From: Gammaproteobacteria bacterium | GTDB taxonomy: Bacteria; Pseudomonadota; Gammaproteobacteria; Eutrophobiales; Eutrophobiaceae | NCBI GenBank assembly: GCA_965222155.1 | Contig: CBDCTH010000012.1 | Span: 832,001 to 896,000 of the forward strand | DNA: 64,000 nt | Direction of reading: 5' to 3' | Part shown: piece after piece, positions 18,417 to 28,142 of the stretch | Layout: each line of letters opens with the position of its first letter | How positions within the stretch are numbered: position 1 is the stretch's first letter | Program-made: the position numbers and the translations under genes | Notes under the pieces: generated by a model | The model's input: the letters and a program-made list of their open reading frames with translations, nothing else | What the model was told of the DNA's origin: nothing | The model's database searches: none

Positions 18417-20453
18417 TCAGGGGACATGACAAGATGTTGGATTGTTGGAGAGTAAGACCCATTGGCCGTTAATGCATCCCCACAATGAATGACCCCTGCA
18501 CTGAGTTCCACCTGAACACGCTTGCGGTTTCGGGGCTGGCGGTTCAACTATAACGGGTGGAAATTTATCGTCATCATCACAAACTTTTGTCCCGCTGACA
18601 GTTTGAGTGCTTGTTGGCTGTGTACCGCCCTGACATGGAGAGTTGATCAGGGTGACAGTTCGGGATTGGCTGCCGGTTTCGCCGCTGCAGATATTGGCTG
18701 GGTTATCGCCGGTCCAGTTGCCGGTGGACCACTGACAGGTCGGGCGGCAGTTCCGGGTGCCGGATACGGTTTGTGTGGAAGTCGGCGCAGTACCGCCCTC
18801 GCATGGGCTGTTAGTCAGGGTGACGGTACGGGACTGGGTGCCGGTACTGCCCTGGCAGATACTGCCCGCACTGTCCCCGGTCCAAGGGCCGGTGGACCAG
18901 CGGCAGGTCGGCAGGGCACAATCCATCGTACCGGACACGGTGCGGCTTGCCGGAGGTCGGGTGCCGCCGACACAAGGTTGATTGGTTGGCGTAACGGTGC
19001 GGGTCTGAGTCCCTGTGTTGCCCCGGCAGATACTGGACGCATCGGGACCGCTCCAGGGGCCGGCCTGGTACTGGCAGGTGCTCGGCGGGCAGTTTTTTGT
19101 CCCGTAAACGGTACGGCTATCTAATGTACAGTCGCTGAGAGTACGAGTCTGTGTAAATTGATCGGACCTACAATACAGGTTTTGTGACGGGGACCAGCTT
19201 GTCAGCGGACAGGTCTGGCGACACGATTTTGTGCCGATACCGGCACGTGTTTCCCGGCTGCAGTTGGACAGGGTGCGCGATTGCGTGAATGAGTCGCCCA
19301 GACAGACAGATGATGCGGCGGGTGTCCAGTCCTGGGGTGTGCAGGACTGGCAGTTTTTTGTTCCGGTTACGGTGCGTGTCTCGGTGGAACAATCGCTGTT
19401 TGTCCGGGTTTGTTCAAAACTGTTTCCCTGGCAGATGCTGCTTGCGGCGGGCGCCCAGTTGGTTGCGGTGCAGGTCGATGGGCAGTATTTGTTGCCGTTG
19501 GCAGTCCTGGTTTCAGTCGTGCAATCGGACCGGGTACGGGATTGTGTGAATGCCTGACCGATACATTTGCTGCTCGGGTCCGGTGACCAGGAGCTTGCGG
19601 TGCATTGATTGGTACAATTCTTTGTGCCGGAGGCTTGACGGATTACAGTAGAACAATCGTCATAGGTTCGGGTTTGCTCAAACGGGATGCCGTCGCAGAC
19701 GCTATCGGGTTGCGGTAGCCAGCCACCGGGCGTACAGGACTGTGAGCAATCTTTTGTTCCCCGGACGGACCGGCGCTCGTCCTGGCAGGCAGGACCGACA
19801 CGAGTCTGGTAGAACTGCACTGTGTCGCAAACCAGGTCGGTGTCGGGACCCCATGGCGTTTCACAACCGTTGCAGGGGCCGGTTCCCTGAGCGGTTCGTG
19901 TTTCGATTGAGCAATCGTCCAGGGTATGGGATTGGTCGAAGTTATCGCTGGCGCATACCGTATCGGTTGCAGGGGACCAGTCGCTGGCAGTACAGGACGG
20001 TTGTCGTACTGGTGTAGTACTGCCCGGTTCGCATTGTGTCGGCGTGCACTGCAGGAGGGTAACGCTCGGGCTGCATGAAAATCCAGAGCCGGTATCCCAT
20101 GCCCTGGTATCATCGCAGATACACGCGTGCAGGTTGGCTTCCCTGTCTATCTTGCTGAGGAATGAGCAGAAACCGCCTCCGCTTTTCAGGTTGATGGGGA
20201 AGCCGCCGGCGCCGCGCTCACTCCATAATTTGATCGCTTTAGGCGTGGTATTACTGTGTCCGCCGGGTCGATGGCGGCGCACAATGCTGGGACTGTCGCC
20301 TGACCACAGGATCAACGCGTTGGTATTACCGGGCTCGCCGCCACCGAATTTACCTTCGTCGCCGTATTCGCTGGTTTGCTGGGTATGTTTATCGACTGTA
20401 TCGGCATGGCAAATACTGATGGAAAATAAAAGAACAAATAGAGTACGCATCAT
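18417..20453 (-). CDS. Secreted Cys/Thr-rich repeat protein with thrombospondin-type-1-like modules
   Basis: Signal peptide MMRTLFVLLFSISICHA; 7 repeats of ~43 aa and 3 of ~57 aa, each with 4 Cys, W and QxRT. Confidence 0.75.
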   Translation of the reverse strand: MMRTLFVLLFSISICHADTVDKHTQQTSEYGDEGKFGGGEPGNTNALILWSGDSPSIVRRHRPGGHSNTTPKAIKLWSERGAGGFPINLKSGGGFCSFLSKIDREANLHACICDDTRAWDTGSGFSCSPSVTLLQCTPTQCEPGSTTPVRQPSCTASDWSPATDTVCASDNFDQSHTLDDCSIETRTAQGTGPCNGCETPWGPDTDLVCDTVQFYQTRVGPACQDERRSVRGTKDCSQSCTPGGWLPQPDSVCDGIPFEQTRTYDDCSTVIRQASGTKNCTNQCTASSWSPDPSSKCIGQAFTQSRTRSDCTTETRTANGNKYCPSTCTATNWAPAASSICQGNSFEQTRTNSDCSTETRTVTGTKNCQSCTPQDWTPAASSVCLGDSFTQSRTLSNCSRETRAGIGTKSCRQTCPLTSWSPSQNLYCRSDQFTQTRTLSDCTLDSRTVYGTKNCPPSTCQYQAGPWSGPDASSICRGNTGTQTRTVTPTNQPCVGGTRPPASRTVSGTMDCALPTCRWSTGPWTGDSAGSICQGSTGTQSRTVTLTNSPCEGGTAPTSTQTVSGTRNCRPTCQWSTGNWTGDNPANICSGETGSQSRTVTLINSPCQGGTQPTSTQTVSGTKVCDDDDKFPPVIVEPPAPKPQACSGGTQCRGHSLWGCINGQWVLLSNNPTSCHVP

Positions 20454-20807
20454 TGTAGTAAATTCAAATCCATTAAATTGAGGTATCCATATTAAACCTG
20501 TTACGGGCAAATGTACATTGTTTTTAACTCGCCGGGAGTTAGCGGGAACTGCTGTTCGGCAAGAGAGACTGTAAGATATAAATCAGCTATAATCTGAAAC
20601 CTTTAGTAGAACATGAGAGAACCGGTATCCGGTTGCTCTTTAGCGTATCGAATCATAGTTCACCAGGGAAAAGCCCTGGCGTGACTGTAGTGTTGGAAGT
20701 GATATATAAAAGTATGCGGTTGCCTTGGAAAAGTACTCAGGCAAGAAAGACAGGAAAAAATAAATCGGCTATAATCCGAAACCATTATAGGACCAGAGAG
20801 AACCGCT

Positions 20808-21056
20808 ATGTCGTTAAAAGCGATATCTGTAAGGTTGGATGACGAAATTTTAAAACGTGTAGGTCAAATGGCTGAAGCGATGGGCAAATCTCGCCCCTGG
20901 TTGATGGCATATGCAATCAGGCGGTATGTGGAGCATGAAGACTGGTTTGTCCATGAGGTTGAGGAGGGTATCCAGGCAGCCGCTGATGGCCGATTAGTGG
21001 ATCATGCTGACATAAGAGCCAAATGGAAGGCGAAGCATGCAACTCAAGTGGACTGA
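20808..21056 (+). CDS. CopG/RHH antitoxin
   Basis: ISVRLDDEI...SRPWL...AIRRYV; overlaps the ParE/RelE gene. Confidence 0.85.
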   Translation: MSLKAISVRLDDEILKRVGQMAEAMGKSRPWLMAYAIRRYVEHEDWFVHEVEEGIQAAADGRLVDHADIRAKWKAKHATQVD

Positions 21057-21348
21057 GCCGGCTGCTGCTGATCTCCATCATATAGAATCATATATCGCCA
21101 GAGAAAACAGCCTGGATGTGGCTACTGCTGTGGTGCTGAAAGTGATTGACACTACTGAACTGATTCTGTCAAATCATCCCATGACAGGACGCTCTGGACG
21201 AGTGAAAGGGACACGGGAACTTGTGATTAGTGGTCTTCCTTTTATTGTGATCTAGCGCTGGGTCAGCGCCTTGAATCAACTGCAAATCCTGCGCGTACTG
21301 CATGACGCGCAGCAATGGCCCCCGGTAGAAGTGCAGAGGACGTATTAG
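21037..21348 (+). pseudogene. RelE/ParE toxin with internal nonsense codon
   Basis: WTEPAAADL...GRSGRVKGTRELVI..PFIVI-TAG(21253)-RWV...QILRVLHDAQQWP; the family-typical C-terminus continues in frame after the stop. Confidence 0.85.
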
Positions 21349-21382
21349 TTTTATGTGAGAAAAGTCAGGAGATAGAACAAGA

Positions 21383-22471
21383 ATGAGCGTATCCGTCAGC
21401 CCCAAAGCAGGGGTGATATTCAAATCCTATGAATCGCTGGCGTCCATGCAGGTGTATGCCCGGCAGACCGAAGCATCCAACCTGATGGGCGGATTCTGGA
21501 TTGCCGAGGCGTACCACTGGTTTCGCCAGTACGGGTTGGAAGCCCGCGGTTGTTTTACCACATTGGCGGCGGTCAGTGTGGCGACCAAAAAAATACCTGT
21601 CGGCCTCGGCATTACTTCACCCTATATGCGGCATCCCACCATACAGGCATCCGAGGCGGCGGCTATAGACGAGTTGTCCGGCGGCCGTTTTATCATGGGC
21701 ATCGGCGTGGGCAAAGTGGGCATCGAGTACTTGGAATATGATGTTGAAAAACTGCGGCCGGTCGGAGTCCATCATGAATCCATGGAAATCATGCGCAAGG
21801 TCTTTGCCGGAGAAGCCTATGAATACGAGGGACAATATTACGCATCTTCCATGCCGGCGTTCGACCGGAGAGGCGCCGGTCTGCGCACTGATATCCCTAT
21901 CTATGTAGGCGCTACCGGGCCTTTCATGCAAAAGCTCTCAGGCCGTGAGAGTGACGGGATGCTGCTGGCGGGGCTGACTTCCCCCGCCTTCGTCAAGTAC
22001 GCCCGCGCGAATATGCTCGCCGGCGCGCAAAAGGCGGGACGCACACTGCCTGCGGATTTCCCGGTGGGAGGTGTGATCCTTTGTTCGTGTTCCCGGGACG
22101 GAGACAAGGCGCGGGATGCAACCCGCCCGTATACCGGAACCTACGTGGTTAACAAGATCAGGAATATTAAAAACGACGTGATTCTGGCCGGATCAGGGTT
22201 GCCCGACTCCGCCTGGGAACCGTTCCGCCAGGCCATAGCGGATGGTACCCAGGATAATGTCACCCAATACGTGACGGATGAAATGATGCGCAGGTTCACC
22301 GTAATTTCCGGCACGCCTGAGGACTGTCTCGAGATCACCCAGGAGCTGGTGGATGCGGGATTGAACCTGCCGTTGCTGGAAGTTGTCGGCGCCGATGAGG
22401 CTACCAACCTTGAGACCATACGCTTGATGGGAGAGGAGGTTGTGCCTGAGCTTAAACCTGCAACTGTTTGA
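21383..22471 (+). CDS. LLM-class (Mer-like) flavin/F420-dependent oxidoreductase
   Basis: FWIAE, RHP, DELSGGRFIMGIGVG, PIYVGATGP, GTPEDC. Confidence 0.88.
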   Translation: MSVSVSPKAGVIFKSYESLASMQVYARQTEASNLMGGFWIAEAYHWFRQYGLEARGCFTTLAAVSVATKKIPVGLGITSPYMRHPTIQASEAAAIDELSGGRFIMGIGVGKVGIEYLEYDVEKLRPVGVHHESMEIMRKVFAGEAYEYEGQYYASSMPAFDRRGAGLRTDIPIYVGATGPFMQKLSGRESDGMLLAGLTSPAFVKYARANMLAGAQKAGRTLPADFPVGGVILCSCSRDGDKARDATRPYTGTYVVNKIRNIKNDVILAGSGLPDSAWEPFRQAIADGTQDNVTQYVTDEMMRRFTVISGTPEDCLEITQELVDAGLNLPLLEVVGADEATNLETIRLMGEEVVPELKPATV

Positions 22472-22488
22472 TTTGACTATTACTAACT

Positions 22489-23406
22489 ATGAAACTAGCG
22501 ACATTTGACATTAACAGTACCGGTAAACGTACCGTAGGGGCGTGCCATAACGGTGCCTACGTGGACCTGGCGGGTTTATCCGGTGGTGAGTTACCGGCCG
22601 ATATGATCGATTTTCTCAAGGCGGGCGAGGCCGCCATGCAACAGGCCCGTAGTCTGTTGTCCGGGGTACGGTCCGGGAGCGGTGAACATATCTATGCGGA
22701 AGGCTCAATCACCTTGCAGTCGCCGGTACCGCTGCCGGGCAAGATAGTGCATACCTCCTGCAATTTTGACTCTCACCTGCAGGAACTGACGACCTGGAAT
22801 GATCCCGAATGGGAATCCCATAACTGGGGCGACTTCCATTTTGAACACCCAACCGGTTTCCTGGAAGCGCCTTCGTCCGTGGTGCCCAGCGGCGCCGGTG
22901 TTGAGATCCCTGTCTTCACCAGGCAACTGGATTATGAAATAGAAATCGCCATCATCATCGGCAGGGAAGCCTTCAAGGTCGCTGTCGGTGAAGCCTTCGA
23001 TTACGTGGCGGGTTATACCATCTTCAATGACTTGTCCGCCCGGGATATCCAGGCCCGGGAGCATTCAAACAAGGTGATCCTGATGGGTAAGAGTTTCAAG
23101 GGTTCCTGTCCCCTGGGTCCCTGGCTGGTAACGCTGGATGAACTGGACGATCCCCACGACCTGGATATGAAACTGCGCGTCAACGGCGAAGTGCGCCAGG
23201 ACGCCAATACCGGGCAAATGCACTACAAGACCGCGGAACTGGTCTCCTGGTGGTCCCACATGGGCCTGTATCCCGGTGACGTTATCACCAGCGGCAGCCC
23301 CCCCGGCGTCGCAGCCGGAATGGATTCACCCAGGTGGCTGCAAGCGGGGGACACAGTGGAGGCGACCATTGACAGACTGGGTACATTGACGACCAGGATA
23401 GTATAA
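22489..23406 (+). CDS. Fumarylacetoacetate hydrolase family protein
   Basis: LDYEIE, FNDLSARDIQ, GKSF, PLGPWLVT, PGDVITSGSP. Confidence 0.92.
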   Translation: MKLATFDINSTGKRTVGACHNGAYVDLAGLSGGELPADMIDFLKAGEAAMQQARSLLSGVRSGSGEHIYAEGSITLQSPVPLPGKIVHTSCNFDSHLQELTTWNDPEWESHNWGDFHFEHPTGFLEAPSSVVPSGAGVEIPVFTRQLDYEIEIAIIIGREAFKVAVGEAFDYVAGYTIFNDLSARDIQAREHSNKVILMGKSFKGSCPLGPWLVTLDELDDPHDLDMKLRVNGEVRQDANTGQMHYKTAELVSWWSHMGLYPGDVITSGSPPGVAAGMDSPRWLQAGDTVEATIDRLGTLTTRIV

Positions 23407-23409
23407 TCC

Positions 23410-23581
23410 ACATGGATACACAGGATGGACAGGATAGGTAAAGTTTTGGGGTAGGAATGTACACAACAACACAATATTTGTGCGCAAAAGCGGGGGCGAT
23501 TCAGTAAAAACCCCGTTTGCGAGAACTGTACAGATAAAAAAGTTACAATCAATAAATCCTGTATATCCTGTACATCCATGT
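23410..23581. repeat. Inverted-repeat element (CAGGATNNA 9-nt periodic arms) enclosing ~120 bp unique DNA; second copy at 43910-43984
   Basis: ACATGGATACACAGGATGGACAGGAT ... ATCCTGTATATCCTGTACATCCATGT, starting 3 bp after a stop codon. Confidence 0.75.
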
Positions 23582-23602
23582 TAAACATATAAGGTTTGAA
23601 TT

Positions 23603-24877
23603 ATGACTGTTGAAGTAAATAAGGAGCTGCTGGCCAGAGCCATCGATCACATCGACAGGCAGCGCCTGGTGAAACTGGTTATGGACCTGGTTGACATTCC
23701 CAGCCCTACCGGTGAAGAAGAGGGCGTTGCCCGCGCCCTGCATGAAATACTCGGAACAGCCGGCTTTGACGCTACCCTGCAGCCCATTGGTGATGACCGT
23801 TATAACGCCATCGGCCGCCTGCAAGGGCAGGGCGGTGGCAAGTCGCTGCTGTTTAATGGCCACCTGGATACCTCTTTCGGCCCGGAACAGGCCCATCGCG
23901 GTATCGGTTACCAGTGCAAGGCGACACTGGTTGACAATGAATGGATTTACGGCATGGGGTCTTTCAATATGAAGAGCGCCATGGGCACATATATCGTTGC
24001 CACGGAGGCGATCCGCAAAGCCGGTATCAAACTGGCCGGAGACGTGGTCATTGCCGGTGTGGCCGGAGAGATAGAGAAAGCGCCGGTAAATGACTTTGAG
24101 GGCAGGCAATACCAGGGCTACGGTGTCGGCACGAAATATGCGATTACCCACGGCGCAGTGGCTGATTTCTGTATCCTGGGGGAACCCACGAATATGATGC
24201 TGATCCCGCGTCACTGTGGTACGACCTGGCTTAAAATCACCGTGCCGGGGCGTTTGATCCATACCGCCTGGTCTGATGCGGATACCAATGCGATCAATAA
24301 ATCCCGAAAAGTCCTGGACGCCATCCATGACTGGATCCCCGATTACTGCCAACGCAACCAGGTGGGCGATTTCCAGCCCCGGGTAAACGTCTCCGCCATC
24401 GAGGGGGGCTGGCCCTGGCGCGGCGCCAGGACCCCGGATAACTGCTGCATCTATATGGACGTCAGGACCATACCGGGTGTCATGCCTGTTCAAGCCTATA
24501 ATGAAGTACGCGAGTTGATAGCGGGCACCGTCAACGACAACCCGGAATTAGCCGGCGTCAAGGTGGAGATCTTTTTATCTGCGCCGGGCACCTCCATACC
24601 CGATGACCATGAATTGGTGCAAACCGTCATCCGGGCGCACACCGACCAACTGGGCAAGCCGCCGCAGATGGGGATGGAAACCTGGTACAGCGATGCGGCG
24701 CACATGAATCGCTACGGCATACCGACGGTGAATTACGGTTCAGCCGGCCGAATCCGTACAACCGGCAGCGGCGGCTTTTCCACCGCCCAGGGCGAAGCGG
24801 TTTATATCGATGACATGCTGGATATCATCAAGGTTTATATTCAGGCCATCCTGATGATCTGCGGCGCCGCTGAATGA
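23603..24877 (+). CDS. M20-family metallo-amidohydrolase (ArgE/DapE-like)
   Basis: FNGHLDT, GMGSFNMKS, GEIE, LGEPT; some canonical ligands substituted. Confidence 0.88.
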   Translation: MTVEVNKELLARAIDHIDRQRLVKLVMDLVDIPSPTGEEEGVARALHEILGTAGFDATLQPIGDDRYNAIGRLQGQGGGKSLLFNGHLDTSFGPEQAHRGIGYQCKATLVDNEWIYGMGSFNMKSAMGTYIVATEAIRKAGIKLAGDVVIAGVAGEIEKAPVNDFEGRQYQGYGVGTKYAITHGAVADFCILGEPTNMMLIPRHCGTTWLKITVPGRLIHTAWSDADTNAINKSRKVLDAIHDWIPDYCQRNQVGDFQPRVNVSAIEGGWPWRGARTPDNCCIYMDVRTIPGVMPVQAYNEVRELIAGTVNDNPELAGVKVEIFLSAPGTSIPDDHELVQTVIRAHTDQLGKPPQMGMETWYSDAAHMNRYGIPTVNYGSAGRIRTTGSGGFSTAQGEAVYIDDMLDIIKVYIQAILMICGAAE

Positions 24878-24886
24878 TCAATGACT

Positions 24887-25021
24887 CGTCATTCCGGCGG
24901 ATGCCGGAATCCAGTCTACTATTCTACCGCCGGAGGCGGTACCTTATCAGGTGCTCCCGCTAACTCCCGGGGTCGAGGGCATCCTGCCCTCGTGGAGGGC
25001 GAGACGCCCTCCCTCCCAGGG
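24887..25021. repeat. Two REP-like palindromes: CGTCATTCCGGCGGATGCCGGAATCCAG and GAGGGCATCCTGCCCTC/GGGCGAGACGCCCTCCC type
   Basis: First family also at 15595, 56260, 56424, 63674; second family also at 52244-52299 and partially at 20533-20553. Confidence 0.75.
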
Positions 25022-25259
25022 AAACATGCTCCCTTATGGTCAGAGTATGCCCGAATCCGGCAAAAATCACTGTATTGACCTCGATTTAGCGGGAGCACCT
25101 GGTACCTTATGAGCAGGAATGTATTTTTCGTGTAAACTGGAAGAGTTAATACCCGTGTATTCACGGGCTGTGATGCTGAATTGAGCTATTTATAGATGTT
25201 GGGTACTTTTGATGCCCAGGTTCCAGAACAGGGACCGGCGCAATATCCGGATTGGTTAC

Positions 25260-27659
25260 ATGAGTCTACAGAACAGAGCCGTGGAAAAGCTGCACCGGGA
25301 AGTTTCACCCGACCTTGATGAAGTCCTATCATGGTCCGCTTGTGACATCCACGAGCTTATGGAACGCGCAGCGGAGTTGCGCGATCAGGGCCACGGCCGC
25401 ATTATTTCCTACTCCCCCAAGGTTTTTATTCCCCTTACAAAACTGTGCCGTGACGTTTGCCACTACTGTACCTTTGCACAACCGCCGCGAGCAGGTCAAC
25501 GCGCCTATCTCAGCGCCGAAGAGGTATTGACCATAGCCAGCGCCGGCGCGGATGCCGGTTGCCATGAGGCGCTGTTTACCTTGGGCGACAGACCCGAATT
25601 GCGCTACCGGACCGCCCACAATGAGTTGCATGAACTCGGCCACACCTCGACCTTGTCCTACCTGCGCGAGATGGCGCAACGAGTGCTGGACGAGACCGGT
25701 CTGCTACCCCATTTGAATCCCGGTGTAATGAGTCGCGCCGACTTGGATAATTTGCGCAGTGTGTCGGTATCCCAGGGATTGATGCTGGAAAACAGCTCAC
25801 CGCGGTTATGTGAAAAAGGTGGACCCCACTACGGTTCGCCGGATAAACAGCCGCAGGTCCGCCTGGACAGTATTGCCGCGGCAGGGGCGGCGCGCGTGCC
25901 GTTTACCTCCGGCATCCTGATAGGTATAGGTGAAACCCGCCGTGAGCGTCTCGAAGCTTTGCTGTCTCTGAGGGAATCACATGAAACCCACGGACATATA
26001 CAGGAAATCATCATCCAGAACTTCCGGCGCAAACCCGGCACGAAAATGCATAACGCCCCGGAACCCACACTGGACGAATTATTGTGGACCATCGCCATGG
26101 CGCGCATTATTTTCGGCCCTGATATGAACATACAGGCGCCCCCGAACCTGACGCCCGATGCGTTGCCGGACATCATCCGCGCGGGGATTAACGATTGGGG
26201 CGGCGTCTCACCCGTCACGCCGGACCACGTCAACCCGGAAGCAGCCTGGCCGCACCTCACGAGGCTCAGGGAAGCAACGGAGTCAACCGGCAAAGCGCTG
26301 GTGCCGCGCTTGCCGGTTTACCCGGAATACATAAAGGCGATGGATAGCTGGATCGATCCGGCCCTGCATACCCGGGTGATACGAAAAACGGATGCCGCAG
26401 GGTTCGCCCGGCCGGATGACTGGGCGCCGGGTACCCACAAACCCGTACCGGCGCAACAAAACCGGATACAGCATAATAAAGGCGCATTCACACACGTCAT
26501 CGATAAGGCGCTTGCCGGCAAGCGCTTGACTGAAACCGAGATCGCAAGCCTGTTCAATGCACGCGCTGCTGATGAGATCCAGGTCCGGCAGGCAGCCGAT
26601 GAACTGCGCCGCGAGGTCAACGGTGATACGGTGACTTACGTTGTCAACAGGAACATCAACTACACCAATATCTGCTACTTCGGTTGCGGTTTCTGCGCCT
26701 TTTCCAAGGGGCGCGTGGCTGAAAACCTGCGCGAGCGCGGCTATAACCTGCCCCTGGCTGAAATCCAGGGGCGCGTCTCCGAGGCCTGGCAAAAAGGCGC
26801 GACCGAAGTCTGCCTGCAAGGGGGCATTCACCCGGATTATACCGGCGAGACCTATCTCTCCATTGTCAAGGCCGTCAAGGAGACCCAGCCGGACATCCAC
26901 GTGCATGCGTTTTCTCCGCTGGAAATCAGGCAGGGGGCGCAGACCCTCGGTCTGCCGCTGCAAACCTACCTGGCGGAATTGAAGCAGGCCGGCCTGGGCA
27001 CCCTGCCGGGCACTGCGGCGGAAATTCTTGATGACGAGGTGCGCCAGGTCCTGTGCCCGGACAAGCTGAATACGGCACAGTGGCTGGAGGTAATGAGAAC
27101 CGCCCACTCGCTGGGTCTGCAGTCCACGGCCACCATCATGTTCGGTCACGTGGACGGACCGGTAAACTGGGCGCGTCATTTACTGCGTGTCCGCGACCTG
27201 CAGGTGGAGACGGGAGGTTTTACCGAGTTTGTCCCGCTTCCCTTCGTGCACATGGAAGCGCCCATCTATCGTAAGGGCCGGGCGCGCATGGGTCCCACGT
27301 TCCGGGAAACCCTGTTGATGCACGCCGTTGCCAGGCTGGTGCTGCATCCGCACATCACGAACATACAGGCATCCTGGGTAAAGATGGGAATGGACGGGAT
27401 GAAGGCCTGCCTGGACGCGGGCGTGAATGACCTGGGCGGCACCCTGATGAATGAAAGCATCAGCCGCGCGGCCGGGGCCTCCCACGGACAGGAGTTCACC
27501 GTTGCCGACATGCGCCGCTTGATTTTGTCTGCCGGCAGGGTACCCCGGCAGCGTACGACCCGCTATGAAGCGGTTGCTGAGGCAGACGATGACCTTCACC
27601 TGCCCGTTATGCGCCAGAGCCCGGATGCGGTAGCCCGCGCTGCCTATCATGCAGACTAA
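25260..27659 (+). CDS. fbiC: Bifunctional FO synthase (CofG-CofH fusion), F420 biosynthesis
   Basis: Two radical-SAM CxxxCxxC motifs (LCRDVCHYC; ICYFGCGFC), GINDWGGVSPVT, PGTAAEIL, DLGGTLMNESI. Confidence 0.93.
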   Translation: MSLQNRAVEKLHREVSPDLDEVLSWSACDIHELMERAAELRDQGHGRIISYSPKVFIPLTKLCRDVCHYCTFAQPPRAGQRAYLSAEEVLTIASAGADAGCHEALFTLGDRPELRYRTAHNELHELGHTSTLSYLREMAQRVLDETGLLPHLNPGVMSRADLDNLRSVSVSQGLMLENSSPRLCEKGGPHYGSPDKQPQVRLDSIAAAGAARVPFTSGILIGIGETRRERLEALLSLRESHETHGHIQEIIIQNFRRKPGTKMHNAPEPTLDELLWTIAMARIIFGPDMNIQAPPNLTPDALPDIIRAGINDWGGVSPVTPDHVNPEAAWPHLTRLREATESTGKALVPRLPVYPEYIKAMDSWIDPALHTRVIRKTDAAGFARPDDWAPGTHKPVPAQQNRIQHNKGAFTHVIDKALAGKRLTETEIASLFNARAADEIQVRQAADELRREVNGDTVTYVVNRNINYTNICYFGCGFCAFSKGRVAENLRERGYNLPLAEIQGRVSEAWQKGATEVCLQGGIHPDYTGETYLSIVKAVKETQPDIHVHAFSPLEIRQGAQTLGLPLQTYLAELKQAGLGTLPGTAAEILDDEVRQVLCPDKLNTAQWLEVMRTAHSLGLQSTATIMFGHVDGPVNWARHLLRVRDLQVETGGFTEFVPLPFVHMEAPIYRKGRARMGPTFRETLLMHAVARLVLHPHITNIQASWVKMGMDGMKACLDAGVNDLGGTLMNESISRAAGASHGQEFTVADMRRLILSAGRVPRQRTTRYEAVAEADDDLHLPVMRQSPDAVARAAYHAD

Positions 27660-27900
27660 AGTAAGAACTGCCTGCCGTGCCTGCGGACACGGGGGCTGCA
27701 GCGTCTATGTGGCGGTGGAAGACGGTAAACCGGTCAAGGTCATGCCGGATTGGGAGCATCCGATCAGTAAAGGGTATACCTGTAAAAAAGCCCATGGTTT
27801 TCTGGAGTTACAGACTCATCCGGACCGTTTGCTCTATCCCATGCGGCGCACCGGCGCACGGGATGAGGGCTAATGGCAACAGTTGTCCTGGGATGAGGCG
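27649..27900 (+). pseudogene. Molybdopterin oxidoreductase N-terminal fragment
   Basis: CRACGHGGC..C Fe4S4 motif, HPDRLLYPMRR, internal TAA then WQQLSWDEA; homology then lost. Confidence 0.85.
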
Positions 27901-28142
27901 CCACCAACCTCAAGGGACTGACGTTCAACGTTGCATTCAAAACGGATGTGCTTGGCAAACACTCAAACTGGGCAATGATTATCTGGAAAGGGTCACCTTA
28001 GTCAGGGGCAACAACTTGATGATGTCACTCCTTTACGGCCAGAACATAATATGGGTTGATTTGCTGAGAGACGTGGGATCTTGTTTTCGCTAGTTGCTCG
28101 TTGAACTCGGGATAGGCACTACATGGCGGCAGGTGAATTCTG

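Noticed and set aside
21253-21255. In-frame TAG in parE (also 61151-61153) as stop-codon recoding
   Set aside because: TAG is used as a normal stop in intact genes here (e.g. cysC, the hydrolase), and neighbouring lesions are TAA stops and frameshifts, so decay is the simpler explanation
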